A DNA stretch of 64,000 nt, from NCBI GenBank assembly GCA_038496445.1, contig JALMLS010000640.1, positions 1 through 64,000 on the forward strand. The letters run 5' to 3'. The notes beneath the pieces were generated by a model. It worked only from the letters and a program-made list of their open reading frames with translations, did no database searches and was not told the origin of the DNA. Numbering within the stretch: position 1 is the stretch's first letter; each line of letters starts with the position of its first letter. The DNA comes from Trichosphaerium sp. ATCC 40318 (Eukaryota > Protista > Tubulinea). Shown one piece after another: positions 37,451 through 49,093 of this stretch. Made by a program: the position numbers and the translations under genes.

Positions 37451-37620
37451 GTAAATCAGTTTGAATACCCTAACAGGTGTCACGTTAGATCTTGCTATAA
37501 TAAAGAAAGATACAGCTTAGTGTTTGCAATACTTTGTATTTATTATATCTAATCCAGTTGTGAAAACACGTGCCTGTGTTTAATGAAGTGACTGGTTATT
37601 CTCGAAGAAAAGATGTTTAT

Positions 37621-38337
37621 TCAACTACCCTCAGTCATCTCAGGGAATGGTACATACTCTGTCTTATCAAGCTTAAACTTAGGTGATGTACCTGTAACAA
37701 CAACAGCAAAACACCATACATCATTTCCTTGTGGCAAACCAAGAGTCTTTACAATGTTAAGTGAAGGGTTGTATACTTGAAGAACACGTTTCTTACAATC
37801 TAATGTCACATGTACAGTATCGTTTCTCTTGCAAAGCCAATTACTGTGTTTATAACAAGTCCAACCACAAATAGACGCAGGCATTTTTTTCTCAGGCTGA
37901 ATGACACCCATCTTGCCACAAGTCTCGTTAAGTGTTATAGTCCATGTTACACTTCCTGTAGTATAAGAGCAGCTTCCATAACCGATGCTGTAAGATTTAC
38001 GGTAGTCGTAGGCTAGAAAGTCCCTAATACACTTCCTCCCTGGCAGTAGACAGTAATAGTCGGCTAATTCAGCTATTTCAGGGTCTTCATAACAACTTTG
38101 AAGAATAGTCGGTTCTAATAGTCTTACTGATCGTTGTACGCGTCGTAGACAGTTTAGGATAACGTTAAAATGCTGTGGGTCAACGTCCAAAAAAATACGT
38201 TCATTTTCGTCCTTTTGAAGCGATTCGCTCCATCTGCCGCTAAACATAGATGCTAATAATGAACCTGGCACGCTACATAGTGTTTTTGTTGTTGTCGTTA
38301 TCTCCTGACCACCAACGTTAAGTTTAACGAGCTCCAT
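37621..38337 (-). CDS. KCTD-type BTB/POZ protein (second copy)
   Basis: Protein identical to 6061-6777. Confidence 0.9.
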   Translation of the reverse strand: MELVKLNVGGQEITTTTKTLCSVPGSLLASMFSGRWSESLQKDENERIFLDVDPQHFNVILNCLRRVQRSVRLLEPTILQSCYEDPEIAELADYYCLLPGRKCIRDFLAYDYRKSYSIGYGSCSYTTGSVTWTITLNETCGKMGVIQPEKKMPASICGWTCYKHSNWLCKRNDTVHVTLDCKKRVLQVYNPSLNIVKTLGLPQGNDVWCFAVVVTGTSPKFKLDKTEYVPFPEMTEGS

Positions 38338-38458
38338 ATGCAATGAAGTATTGTTTGTTAACTTCTAATATCTCCCCTGATGCTATTGTGTTGTGCGCTA
38401 TTATTGTCGTCGAAAAACGTATTTTGACTCACATATTGTCACTAAGGTTGGAGTACCT

Positions 38459-39833
38459 TTATTGTTGGGTGAAAACTACAGGTTCTCCTACCCATTCTCC
38501 TTTAGAATAAAGGGCTCTTTCAGTACAAACTCCGCTTCTATTCCAACGTTCAAATAGTCCGTGTTTCTTTCCATTCAAATAAACTCCACATTCTGACATT
38601 TGTTTCGTATCTGTGTACCAAAAAATTCTTTGTCCATGTGGTTCTCCATCCATAAACTCTTCACGTGACATAATCAAACCAGTATTCTCACTAAACTCTT
38701 CTCTTAGGCCATGTAACTCACCTTCCTTATACATCTCTTTTGATATCAGCAAAGCATCACTATCAACAACCAAACGTTTCTTTGCCTCACTAAGAGTTTC
38801 ATACAAACCTGTAACTTTCCTTCTTCATACTTGACACAATCGCAAAGTTTCAGCAATCCTCTATACACATAGCTCTTTCCATGACGTACAAGTTCTCCTG
38901 AGTGATCTTCTATCTTATACAAAGCTATTTCATGACTGGTAGTAGTATCATCATCTTGTACAACTAGCACACTGTCATGGTCTCTGCAATCAATACAAGA
39001 TGTTGAGTAATTTTGTATCCGATGATAAATACAACCGTGCCAAGAATCTGAAATTGTCATTGGGATATTAGTTAAGAGGTCATCAAATAAGCTCATTTCT
39101 GGAAAGGCAGGCTCAAACATCAAAAGTATCAATCCACCAAACGAATGAGTCTCAATTAAAGAACCATTGCTACTATAAATAGATTCAAAACGTTCGTCTT
39201 TCCAAGATCCTACTCTCTTGCCTTCTTTGTAGTTTCCTTTAAGTATTACTTTGCCACTGTCTGATTTGACTATAAATTCGCCGTGCTTAATACCGTTCTT
39301 GTAATCTGAGTGGGTTGTGACACTACCCCAGCTATCGACAAGTGACTGCTTGCCATGTTTCAAACCATTTTGTATCTCATAACTTTTGATCAATTCTCCT
39401 TCCAAACTTAACTCCTCATACCTTCCATCGGCCTTTAAACCATCCTTATACATGACAATTGTGCGCAAACAATTCGTTTCTATGTATTTAGATGTATACA
39501 ATCCATGTAGCTTGCCATGAACATAGTGGCAAGTATCGATACACTTTTTCTTGCCATATTCTGTAAATCTTACAAATTGGCCATGTTTGTTTAAGCAAAC
39601 ATCAAATCTAGAAGCTACAGCAAACTCATAGCTTAGGGTAGTAAATGCGTTCTGTAACTCATTATCTTCTCTAGCAAAGTCGTACATGTATCTAAGGACT
39701 TCAGTAGGGAGATATTCAACAATATTCCTATGTTACCAATTACTAAATAAACGTGATCTCTTGAACCGTACTTGTGGCAAGGTGTTTTAACATGCTGCAT
39801 CAGTGCATCATGTAATGAGTCCTTGAAAGACAT
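38459..39833 (-). CDS. F-box-like + MORN-variant protein (second copy, 1-nt frameshift ~38809)
   Basis: Paralog of 4567-5942. It reads gttacaggttt versus gttacagggttt in the left copy. Confidence 0.8.
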
Positions 39834-40853
39834 TGCTTTCTTCCTTTGTTTTTTAGAGTGTTGGTTTTTTTTTGACACGTGATGCTTCTCTAACCTGATG
39901 CAAAGAATATGTATTAATACATTGGTTGATATTATCCAGAGAATATTCGCTAAAGATTATACAACAGTTTGCTGAAGTGTGCTGTTCATACGGTACCACC
40001 ATTCATTACTAAATAGCACGATCCCGGCCGAAAAGACATCGCTTCAAAAAAACTTAAGCATCTGAGAACATTCAATGAAGAGCTAATGTTACTATTCATG
40101 CTTTTAAGGAGGTCTTTCTACGAGTGACTAGTGATTCTCATTTAGCGTTGTATAGAAAAAAGGCACTGCTAGTACGCTAGTTGTGTTGTTGTGAAGGCTT
40201 TTTGGAGTCACTAAAGTCGTAAAGCGATTTACCATGTTTTCTCATGGATGCAATATTCTGCGGTTTTGCAGCGCTACAGAGTAAGATAGGAATGTACAAA
40301 ACGCAATGTATTTCCACTACTATTCGGCGGTGTTTACAAGCTTATTCAATACAATGTACAGGGCTATTTCCGCAAGATCCAATCGACCAGCTGTTGCTAC
40401 GAGATCTGAAGCAGTCTCATTCAGTTTTAAGCTACTTGAAACACAAAATCCAGTTTCTGCCTGATCTGACGGATCTGACACTTCTGACAGAACTTGCAAA
40501 TCTCTCATTTTAACGGTGATGCCACTGTCACGTGGTAATGTTGTATGAATCCAAGCGTTTGTCAAACGAGACCGAAATTATTTATTTGCATACAAATAGA
40601 CACCTGGCTGCGTAACAGCGTTGATAGTGTTTTGTAATGCGAAACAGCAATTGTTTGAAACCAGGAAGCCTTGCACGTGGTAATTTTTATGCTTCAAGTG
40701 AAATCTTGTTGGAATATTGTTCTTGTCTTCTTTGCCACGCGCGCAAGTTCTTTGCTGGTATAAGTGGTCTTAAATTTCTACCAATAGGAACTGACACTTG
40801 ATAAAAGGATATTTGTGAAGCCGTGTATTGGATTCAGTTAAACAAACTTAACG

Positions 40854-42149
40854 ATGTCTAACAAAGTCAAACAATTTTTGGTCCAACTAATTTCCGAATC
40901 AAAATCTCGATTGTCTAACCACCAAACAACTACTGAAATGACATCATTAAAAACAGCTATAGCCTCAAACGATATAAAGAAAGTAAAAGAGCTGCTAAAG
41001 AACGGTGCTAACGCCAACGAACGAATAGATGACAGCGAAGGATGGGATTCTTGCAAGTAAGACAAAGTACCAAATACGTTAAATTATTCTTAACTTCATT
41101 TTAGGTACAACGTGCTTCATTTGGCTCTTGGTACAAAGGAAAAAGTACAAAACCGCAAAGACAAGGAATTAAACTGTCAATTAGTCACTCTACTTCTCAA
41201 ACATGGTGCTGATATAAACAGCCAGTATTCTCAGGGAGGCTGGAGTCTTAGGGGAGTTAAAAAGAGTGCTTTCCAGGTTCTTATTGACCGTATCTTTTCC
41301 AGTCCAACTCAAGAGCTCTACGACCTTTTTAAATACGCTCTAAAGAAAGGCGCTGATCCTAACGGCACTATATCAACCGGAGCATCAACTATGAGGACGG
41401 ACAGAAGCTCAAAAGTAACACTTGTAACGAGAGCTGCAAAGGAGCCGAGAGTCTTACAAATCCTACTTGCTGCTTCTGCTGATCCCAACGCATTCAATCA
41501 AGTGCGTGTGAACAATGAGTACGGACACAGAGAGAATACAAAGACCACAGCATTGCACAGTGTATTGGCGTCAAGTGGAGAAAATTACAAAGAGCTTTCG
41601 CTTTTACTACTGTTACATCATGGCGCTGATGTTGAGTTGAGAAAAGAATACATAGAACAAGTAGAAATACCTAAACCTGCGTCATCTATTGGTATTGAAG
41701 ATCCACGACAAGGAGGATATCACTCAGGACTCCGTGATATTCACGTCAAGGCAACACCACTCAATATTGCTCTTGAACAAACAGAGTTGAGTAAAGTACT
41801 TATTCTCAGAATGTATGGTGCAAACGTCAATGCGCCCTTGATCAAAGATTCTGACACAACAAGTTGTATGGAAATTATTGAGAGCCTAAAACAAGATGAA
41901 GAGATTAAAGAATTGAAGAAGCTCGCACTTAAGCACAGATGGCATCCAAGATTACATCTTCATTTTCCTCGTGTTTTCAGAGATCAAGTGTTCTTCTTGA
42001 TGCTTTGTCTCAATCGAGCTATTCAAGCTTACATACCTCCAGAGCTTCTTCAATACATTGTATCAATCGCTGCTGATCAAGGATGCTTCTCTCCTTCACT
42101 TGTATTTGACATGGATAAAATCTTTGATGCTGAATATCAACAACAATAA
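40854..42149 (+). CDS. Ankyrin-repeat protein with a C-terminal W.P..H..FP..FR...IP.ELL..I motif
   Basis: Exon 1 (40854-41056), intron gtaaga...ttttag, then an exon with ANK repeats. Confidence 0.9.
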
Positions 42150-42251
42150 AATACTAACATCTTTCTGGTTTTTTTCTGTTCATTGGTTTTTGTTCTCAGC
42201 CTCGATTATTGGTAAGCGGTCCTCTGCAAAACCTGTGAATAAGTATCATGT

Positions 42252-42335
42252 GCATGTTTGACCGAGTGGTTTATGGTGAACGGTTTAGGTCCGTTTGGGA
42301 GTCATCCCGCGCAGGTTCGAATCCTGCAACATGCA
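42252..42335 (+). tRNA. tRNA-Leu(TAG)
   Basis: GCATGTT/AACATGC acceptor, AACGG-TTTAGGT-CCGTT anticodon arm, long variable arm, GCAGG-TTCGAAT-CCTGC, followed by a T-run terminator. Confidence 0.95.
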
Positions 42336-42600
42336 ATTTTTGAACTGTTTTACTGTTTACGTTTACTGAAACAGAAAAAACACGCAAACAAGATATTTAC
42401 CAAAGTGTAAACGTTGTGTAGTTGAATACCTCGAGATGTATGTACTATAGCAAAAACAACATGGTTACTTTTCAACTCCAGTCAGCTAAGTATTTTTGAA
42501 GAATTAACTTGACTTTGACGACTCCACTGTTTTTTGTGAAACGATGAATGAAGATCAACTCCCCAAGTCGAAATGGTTTATTAAAAGGTTACCACGTGAT

Positions 42601-43635
42601 TTATTTGTCCGTTACAGTGAAATCTTTGAAAAATTCTTTAACACTATCATCAAGCTTCTTTTGCTCATAGCAGCCACCAAAATGTAAATCATAAAAATGT
42701 CCCATAATAGGGTAATTTGTATAATTTGATTCTTTAGATGAGTTAATAATAACAAGCATGTTCGTTCCATGTTCATCAATGACAGGTTGAATAACAAGAA
42801 AATGACCGATAACATCTGCAACAATACAAGGAGTCTCCTTACTCCTCTTACCAACCCACTCGTCAGGTGTATACCTTAGAATACCTAACACAAGTTAGCA
42901 TGTGATTATTCGCTACAAAGGTGCCTGTGGTCCCATCAGTATTCTTTGTAGGCTGTTCTAAGATGTATTTGTGTGGTAAGTACTTGTCTTCTTCCACTAA
43001 TCGTTTCTTTTCTTCATGCTTGTATAAATCAAGTGGTGCATTATTAGATTTGCTCAAGTGTCGTAGCATCATTAATCTTTCACTATAATTTTCCTTAATG
43101 TAGTCACTAGTCATGTCAGACAAATGCAAGCAAAAGCGTCTCACCTGACTTCGAAATTTGCTAGCCAATCTGAGCAATACCCTTTTCTCTCCTTTTCAGT
43201 CTTGAATTCATCTGGGTGTTTACGAATGTAAGTTGTACGCTTTGAATGCATATATGACATTATTTTGACAATATGTGGTCGCATTTTATCAATACTACAA
43301 AGCTCTGGAAGGAGTTCTTCCAATAATTGTTTTGACACAACTTCTTTTTTAATTGTACTAATCTAGATTCATTTTTAGTGCCCACGTGATTTTAATTTAG
43401 TTCAAGTCACCTTATTTGCAATAAAATATGATGCAGCAAGTGCTACATATCCGCATATAGAGTTAGCAGTTCCGTATCTATAAACGATAATTAAACCAAG
43501 AAGAACAACGTCTTTGTACTTTTTTTTAACAGAATCGAATTCTGAACTGTACTGATCAAGGATTTTAACCTCTAATATGAACCCATCCTTATATTCGACG
43601 CACTCCGACAGTCCATGGAGTTTTTTTGCTTCCAT
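42601..43635 (-). CDS. Putative papain-fold cysteine peptidase (apparently intact copy)
   Basis: Spliced product with Q...CGY, GHF and INS motifs in papain-fold order. Confidence 0.65.
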
Positions 43636-43839
43636 ACTGTTCAATAAGCATTAAAATAAATTATTCATATGGCAATGTACCTTCTACGCTCTCGTATGTG
43701 TTGTAGGTATTATTTGAGGTAGATTGGTAGTACAACGCAAGTTGACTTAAAATGTCTATTTTAAGCAACAGCTCGCCACATCAACGTACATATTTATTGA
43801 CTATAATTGCAACAGCATCTTTACCACATGGTTAGTCGT

Positions 43840-46424
43840 ATGGAGACAAGAACTATAGTATTCCTAGGTATTACTCTTTAGCTTTCTACTTGGAAGTTTA
43901 TTACGAATCTAAGGTTGTACTAGCATGCTTTTTGGCTATTGTGCATGGAACAATAACAGTATTGTCGCCATCTATCGTAGCTAACGCGACCATTCGAGTT
44001 TGGCCACAAAAGTACAAGGGCAACACCATAGACTTTGCTCCAATCACTGGAACATTGGTTGATTCACTTTCGGCAAATATAACTGGTACATACTCAATTT
44101 AAAACATTGAGCTGTGAAATGGACGTTCTGGGCGCGATAGAGCAGTACTGTTGATGGTTTACTCGTTTCGTAAATAGTTATTTTGCGGTCTTTAAATCAC
44201 TCCAACACCTCTACGTACCTTAGATTTTAAGGTCACCAACAATATCTCTCATTATATTGGCGTTTTTCCGTCTTTCGAACACTTTTTTTAAAAACCACTC
44301 CAATCGCCCCAATAAGTAGTATATACGCAGAAAAAATGATTTTTATATTGTATTCCAGAATAAGAACACTATTTTATTTCGACAATCGCTGAGCACAACT
44401 TTTTAGCTAAAAACGAATTACCATAGGCTCTATAGCGTTTATAACAGATTGCGGTGTACCAGTGGAAGCAACCTACAGGCAAGTTCAGAATAACGGGCCT
44501 ATCGCAATACTATGCGTCATACAAGCTGATACTGGCTCGGTACGGCGTTATAAACGCTTATCAACCGTTTTACAAAATGCTAATGGTAAGCGGCTAGCAA
44601 ATGTATTCAATAGACGGGTCTGACACAAGTGATATCACTGTTCCTATCGTTGCAGTCAAAAAAGATGATTTTAATGAGTTTTTTAAAGAACACAATCAGT
44701 CTGTTGTTGTTATCATTGAGACAGGTACGGTTGACATTAGTTTCTAAAGCATATCAACAACGAACAGCAGAGGTTTGGTTTGAATCTCAAAAATATGACA
44801 TTTTTTCCTTTTTTGCCCTTCTTGTATATGATTTATTGACATTGTGTTAGAGGCCAATGAGTATATTCAAGTGTACGAGTCTAGTTGGATGTGGACTTGG
44901 CAGGCTGCTATAGGATCGTTGATATTTTGTAATATTCTGTTGGGTTCGTACAGGTACATTAATTTAATTTCCTTTCTTGTTTTTGGTACTTAGTGCATGC
45001 TTCTTATTGTATTATATAGATTGGTTCAGTTCGCTATTTTCTATAAAGGGTTTAGACCAACAGTCGCTTTTATAGGTGTCATTCTTGGTTTATTTGCTGC
45101 AATATGTACGGTGTTGTTTATAGCTGCTTTTTTTTCCCATTGTCTACCTAATAAACTCTGGTAGTATTTCTCAACATTATTACTAATTTTATTTGTTTCA
45201 GTGATGTTTATATACTTTGCTATTGACCCTATTGGAGTCCATAATATTTATAATTATTGGATAACAGAGATTTTATTCACAATATCTCTTCCTTTTGTTC
45301 TCGCACCTTTGATGCTTATGTCTCTTTGGTGGCATAACATACTTGGTTCTTTAAAAGTACAAGTTAACCCAGCACTAACAAGATACAAGTACGTAACCCT
45401 ATCGCAACAACTATAACACAATTACTCACAAAGCCTCGGGCTTTTTTACCAAACGTGTTTCTTGTTTTTTTCTTGAAAAAAATGTGTTTCTTGACTTGTT
45501 ATTAATACCTATTGTCTAGATGGGTATTCTTTATATGGATAGGTATCATATTCGTACAAGAAATAGGAATTTCAATTGCACGTGGTATAGTCCGTGAAGT
45601 ATTAGCAATCGTTCCTTTAATTTCTGCAACAATCTATGTTGTTGGAGCTGTTATGACGCTTGCATATTGCTGTGTAACACTATACCGATTAAGAAGAAGA
45701 GTAGCAAAGATAAGCGCTCGCAGTAAGCGTACACAAGGAGAATTAAAAAAGGTATGTAGCGACAATACAGCTCAACACTTACGATTCCGAATATGACTTT
45801 TGTTGACGCTATTGTAGATTGAACATAGAATGGCTGTCATTGTTATCCTTATTACCCTAGAGTTTTTTGCTTATATAGCTTTTGCGTAAGTAACCTTATA
45901 CGGTAAAAAATTACACGTGATTAATTTGTTTTTGTAGGCTGGGCGTTGCCGATCATCCTCTAGGACGTGCATTGTTTTGGTTTGTATTCTGGGTCATCCA
46001 GAGTTTTTTACTTATGGCCCAATTGGCTAGTATATCTGTACCTTCAAAGGCACATACTGCAACTTCAACTGGCGATACAAGAAATTCTCGTTCGATTGGT
46101 AGAGATAATGCTGTGTACGGACTTACAAGCTTCGTGTTTTTTAGACAACTTACCAAGTAATGTAGATCAATTGCACACAACGAGTCTGAATCTAGTGATG
46201 TTAATGATGATATTGAGAAACAATCTATTTCCTCAGATATTTCTGAGGAACCTACAGAAGAGTCTTCATTCGTTATAACAAATCCTAAAGAAGCTTTAGA
46301 CGATGGTACTATTTTTTTCTTTTCTCAGAAAAAAATGAGATTCTTTGTTTTGTTGTTGCTGTAACTGTTTGTTTAATTATGTCTTATAGGTAATGAAGAA
46401 TCTATGGAAATACATGATGTATAA
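43840..46424 (+). CDS. Signal peptide + PA-like ectodomain + 7TM (GPCR-like) protein
   Basis: N-terminal hydrophobic leader, PA-like segment (QNNGPIAILC...ITVPIVAV), about seven hydrophobic helices (incl. AIDPIG, LMSLWW) and an acidic Ser-rich tail. Confidence 0.65.
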
Positions 46425-46531
46425 TAGATTTTGAGGAAATAATTATAAAACCTCAATTACTAATCATGACTGGGTTCCAAATACTGTAAAATAGAAAACA
46501 CTAATAAAAAAGATCAACAAAACAAAATTAT

Positions 46532-46604
46532 TGAGATAGCACAGACTTGAACTGCGACCACAGCACTGGTAATGCTGTATGCTAACCTTTTACACCACTA
46601 TCCC
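46532..46604 (-). tRNA. tRNA with anticodon ACC (Gly by anticodon)
   Basis: GGGATAG/CTATCTC acceptor, D arm, CAGCA-TTACCAG-TGCTG anticodon arm, CGCAG-TTCAAGT-CTGTG T arm, A73, downstream TTTT. Confidence 0.85.
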
Positions 46605-46798
46605 GTTGTTATTCAACTGCAACTCACTGTCACTCACCCCCCGCAAAGACAGACCGGGAAAGGCTGTACTCTAAGGACATCGTATAAAAATCATCTTTCA
46701 ATACTACAAACAGTAAAATGATTATCTATCTTGGCGGGTTGTTTATTGAGTATGTGGTTCTGTTACGACAACACAAGAAGGAGCCATGTAAGGCTACC

Positions 46799-48369
46799 TT
46801 ACTTATTTCTCTTACCCATCAACTTCAATATTCTGATAAACAAGTTGATAAAATCAAGATACAAGCTAACAGCAGCAATAGTATAATCATCTACACTGAA
46901 ACGAACCATCAACAACCAAGTATCTACAACAAAAGACATCAACAAAACAACAAACCCGAATACCAACCGGACCTAAAGCGAAAAAAAACAAAGCAAGACA
47001 AAGATGACTGTAAATAATAAATTGCAGAATTTATTTTGATTGGGTTTTAATTCAAAAAGTAACTTGGTTTTTTGTTACTTAGAGTGCAGTAATGTTGGCC
47101 AAGCATTTTCAGAAGCAGCAAAAGCGGCCATAGCAAAACAAAGAAATTTTGAACCAGAGGAGTGGTAGTAAAAGGCTGTATATGTATGCATCCATTGTCA
47201 CATTAGAACACAAAACAACAACAAAAAAAAAGCAAAAACAAAGATTTCAGATGACTAACCGTAAATAATGTAAAGACAGAAGACAGCTGCGCCACCAAGT
47301 GTCCATAAAATATCCAGAGTCTCAGAGAAAGGCCAAAACCATTGTACTACACCACCAATAACCAAAACCCATAAACAAGAGAATAATCCAGCGCCCTAAG
47401 TTAAGGAGATACTTATTTAATTGACCTTAAGCGACCAATAATTTTCTTACAAACTCAAAAAAAAAAAAAAACGATAACCAACACGTACCATGAAACTAAA
47501 GTCGCGTTTTGATTGAAATGTGTAAGCTGTGAGAAGAGCGAATACACTGAACGTGATAAAGAATGCTAGAGAGGTAACAAATCAGTTAATCCCTCACAGT
47601 ACAACAAAAAAGAGGATTTGTCAATGTTCATTGAAGCACGACTGAGAGGTGGCACGTTGATAAAAATAAAAACCCCAAAAAAATATTGCCAAAAAAACTT
47701 GACACTCGTGTCAAGACAAATATACTCACCTTGTATAACTATTTCAATGGCGAAATGCATGGTATACGCAGCAACAATGTATCCCTTTGAATATCACGTT
47801 AGTCACTAGCAAAGAGAACAAAAGGGAAAACAATGAAATCATCTCCAAAACAAAAAAAAAGTTTGGTGCTGTACCTCGAAGCAAGTGAAAGCATATAAGA
47901 GTATCATGTTATGAGGCTCTTTATGCTTGAATATGTGTAATGCAAATATGAGCGCTAAGCTAAAGAATGGCGTTAAATCGAATAATTTACGAATTTGCTT
48001 TTACCTGGCTATAAACGATACAAATGTGAGGGGAGCTGCCGCAGGGCTATTTTGATGTTAATGTAAGAAGGGAAAGTGGATTCGCACGATTTAACAAAAG
48101 CATTGATTGGCTCTATAAAGTAGACTAGGCATACAATAGCACTGCGTAGGAATTAATAAAAACATCTTGAGTAATTTACATACGCTGTAAGAGCCAGTTG
48201 AGAGGATAAGATCGAGTATACTCTAATTATGTTAATTACCACATGCTTGTGCCTGTAAACAAAACCTGTTGATAAACTGAAGCCTCTTCTCAGCTACAGC
48301 GTTAATAGCTTTTATTACAGTTGGGTCTAACGACTCTACGTCTATTGGGTTCGCTGTTGTGCCGAACAT
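46799..48369 (-). CDS. Bax inhibitor-1 / TMBIM4 (Lifeguard) family protein
   Basis: RLQFINR, VYSILSSQL, YTFQSKRDFSFMG, YIIYDT and DDYTIAAVSLYLDFINLFIRIL across exons. Confidence 0.92.
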
Positions 48370-48576
48370 CTGATCTGAACAGTTAAAAATAACGAAATAG
48401 CGCTTAATACTGCAATTCAAAACTGACTTAACCTGTCACGTGCTATTGGACAAAATATCAAGCTAATGCATAAGCTAGGTTTTTTTTGATTGTCAACAAG
48501 GTAGGACAACCACTATAACGCACTCTATACTCGCTGTCATGTTTATTTTTCTTTGCAACAAAAACGTGCATTAATC

Positions 48577-49093
48577 TCACAGAATGAACAAGCAAGAAGC
48601 GATTTGTACAAGTACTTTACAAAGGTGTATAGTTTTGCATGTCCCTTCTTGATAAAATTGCCAGTTGCTGGGTTTGTGGAGTCTTCTCACTCTTATTTTC
48701 TTCTTTTGGTTTATGAATGGATTACGACGTTTGTAAACAACTTGTATCCTAAAAAGCATCTGTAGGTGTTACGTTCATGCAAAACTAATTAACCCGCGTA
48801 TTGAGAGTACGCCTACCGTTTGTTAGCTAGAGTACTGAATTTTGTTTTAATTTCCGTACACTGTGCGCTGTACCGCGTTTCCACGCCTGAAATACAAGTA
48901 TCGTTGGTGCGCTGGCGGCTACTTTGGATTCTAAACTGTAAATTGTTATCATAGCTATCCATAGTACTCCCATGAGCAATGATAACCATAATACAAGGTC
49001 TGTGAAGCGTCGAAGTTTGAAAAAAGGTAACGGCTTCTTAGCTATTTGAGAGTTTAGATCAATACTGATAGAATCTGACGCTAGAGGTTCCAT
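48577..49093 (-). CDS. Hypothetical small membrane protein (spliced)
   Basis: ATG, a hydrophobic segment LVLWLSLLMGVLWIAMITIY and plausible GT-AG sites. No family recognised. Confidence 0.4.

Larger units (their letters stand above)
33025..44427. repeat. Right arm of the inverted segmental duplication
   Basis: Mirror image of 1-11360. Near-identical in the outer part, with more indels and substitutions toward 33025-36400. Confidence 0.97.

Noticed and set aside
47168-47176. U5 loop-1 sequence GCCTTTTAC on the minus strand
   Set aside because: The flanks do not form the U5 stem; treated as a chance match.
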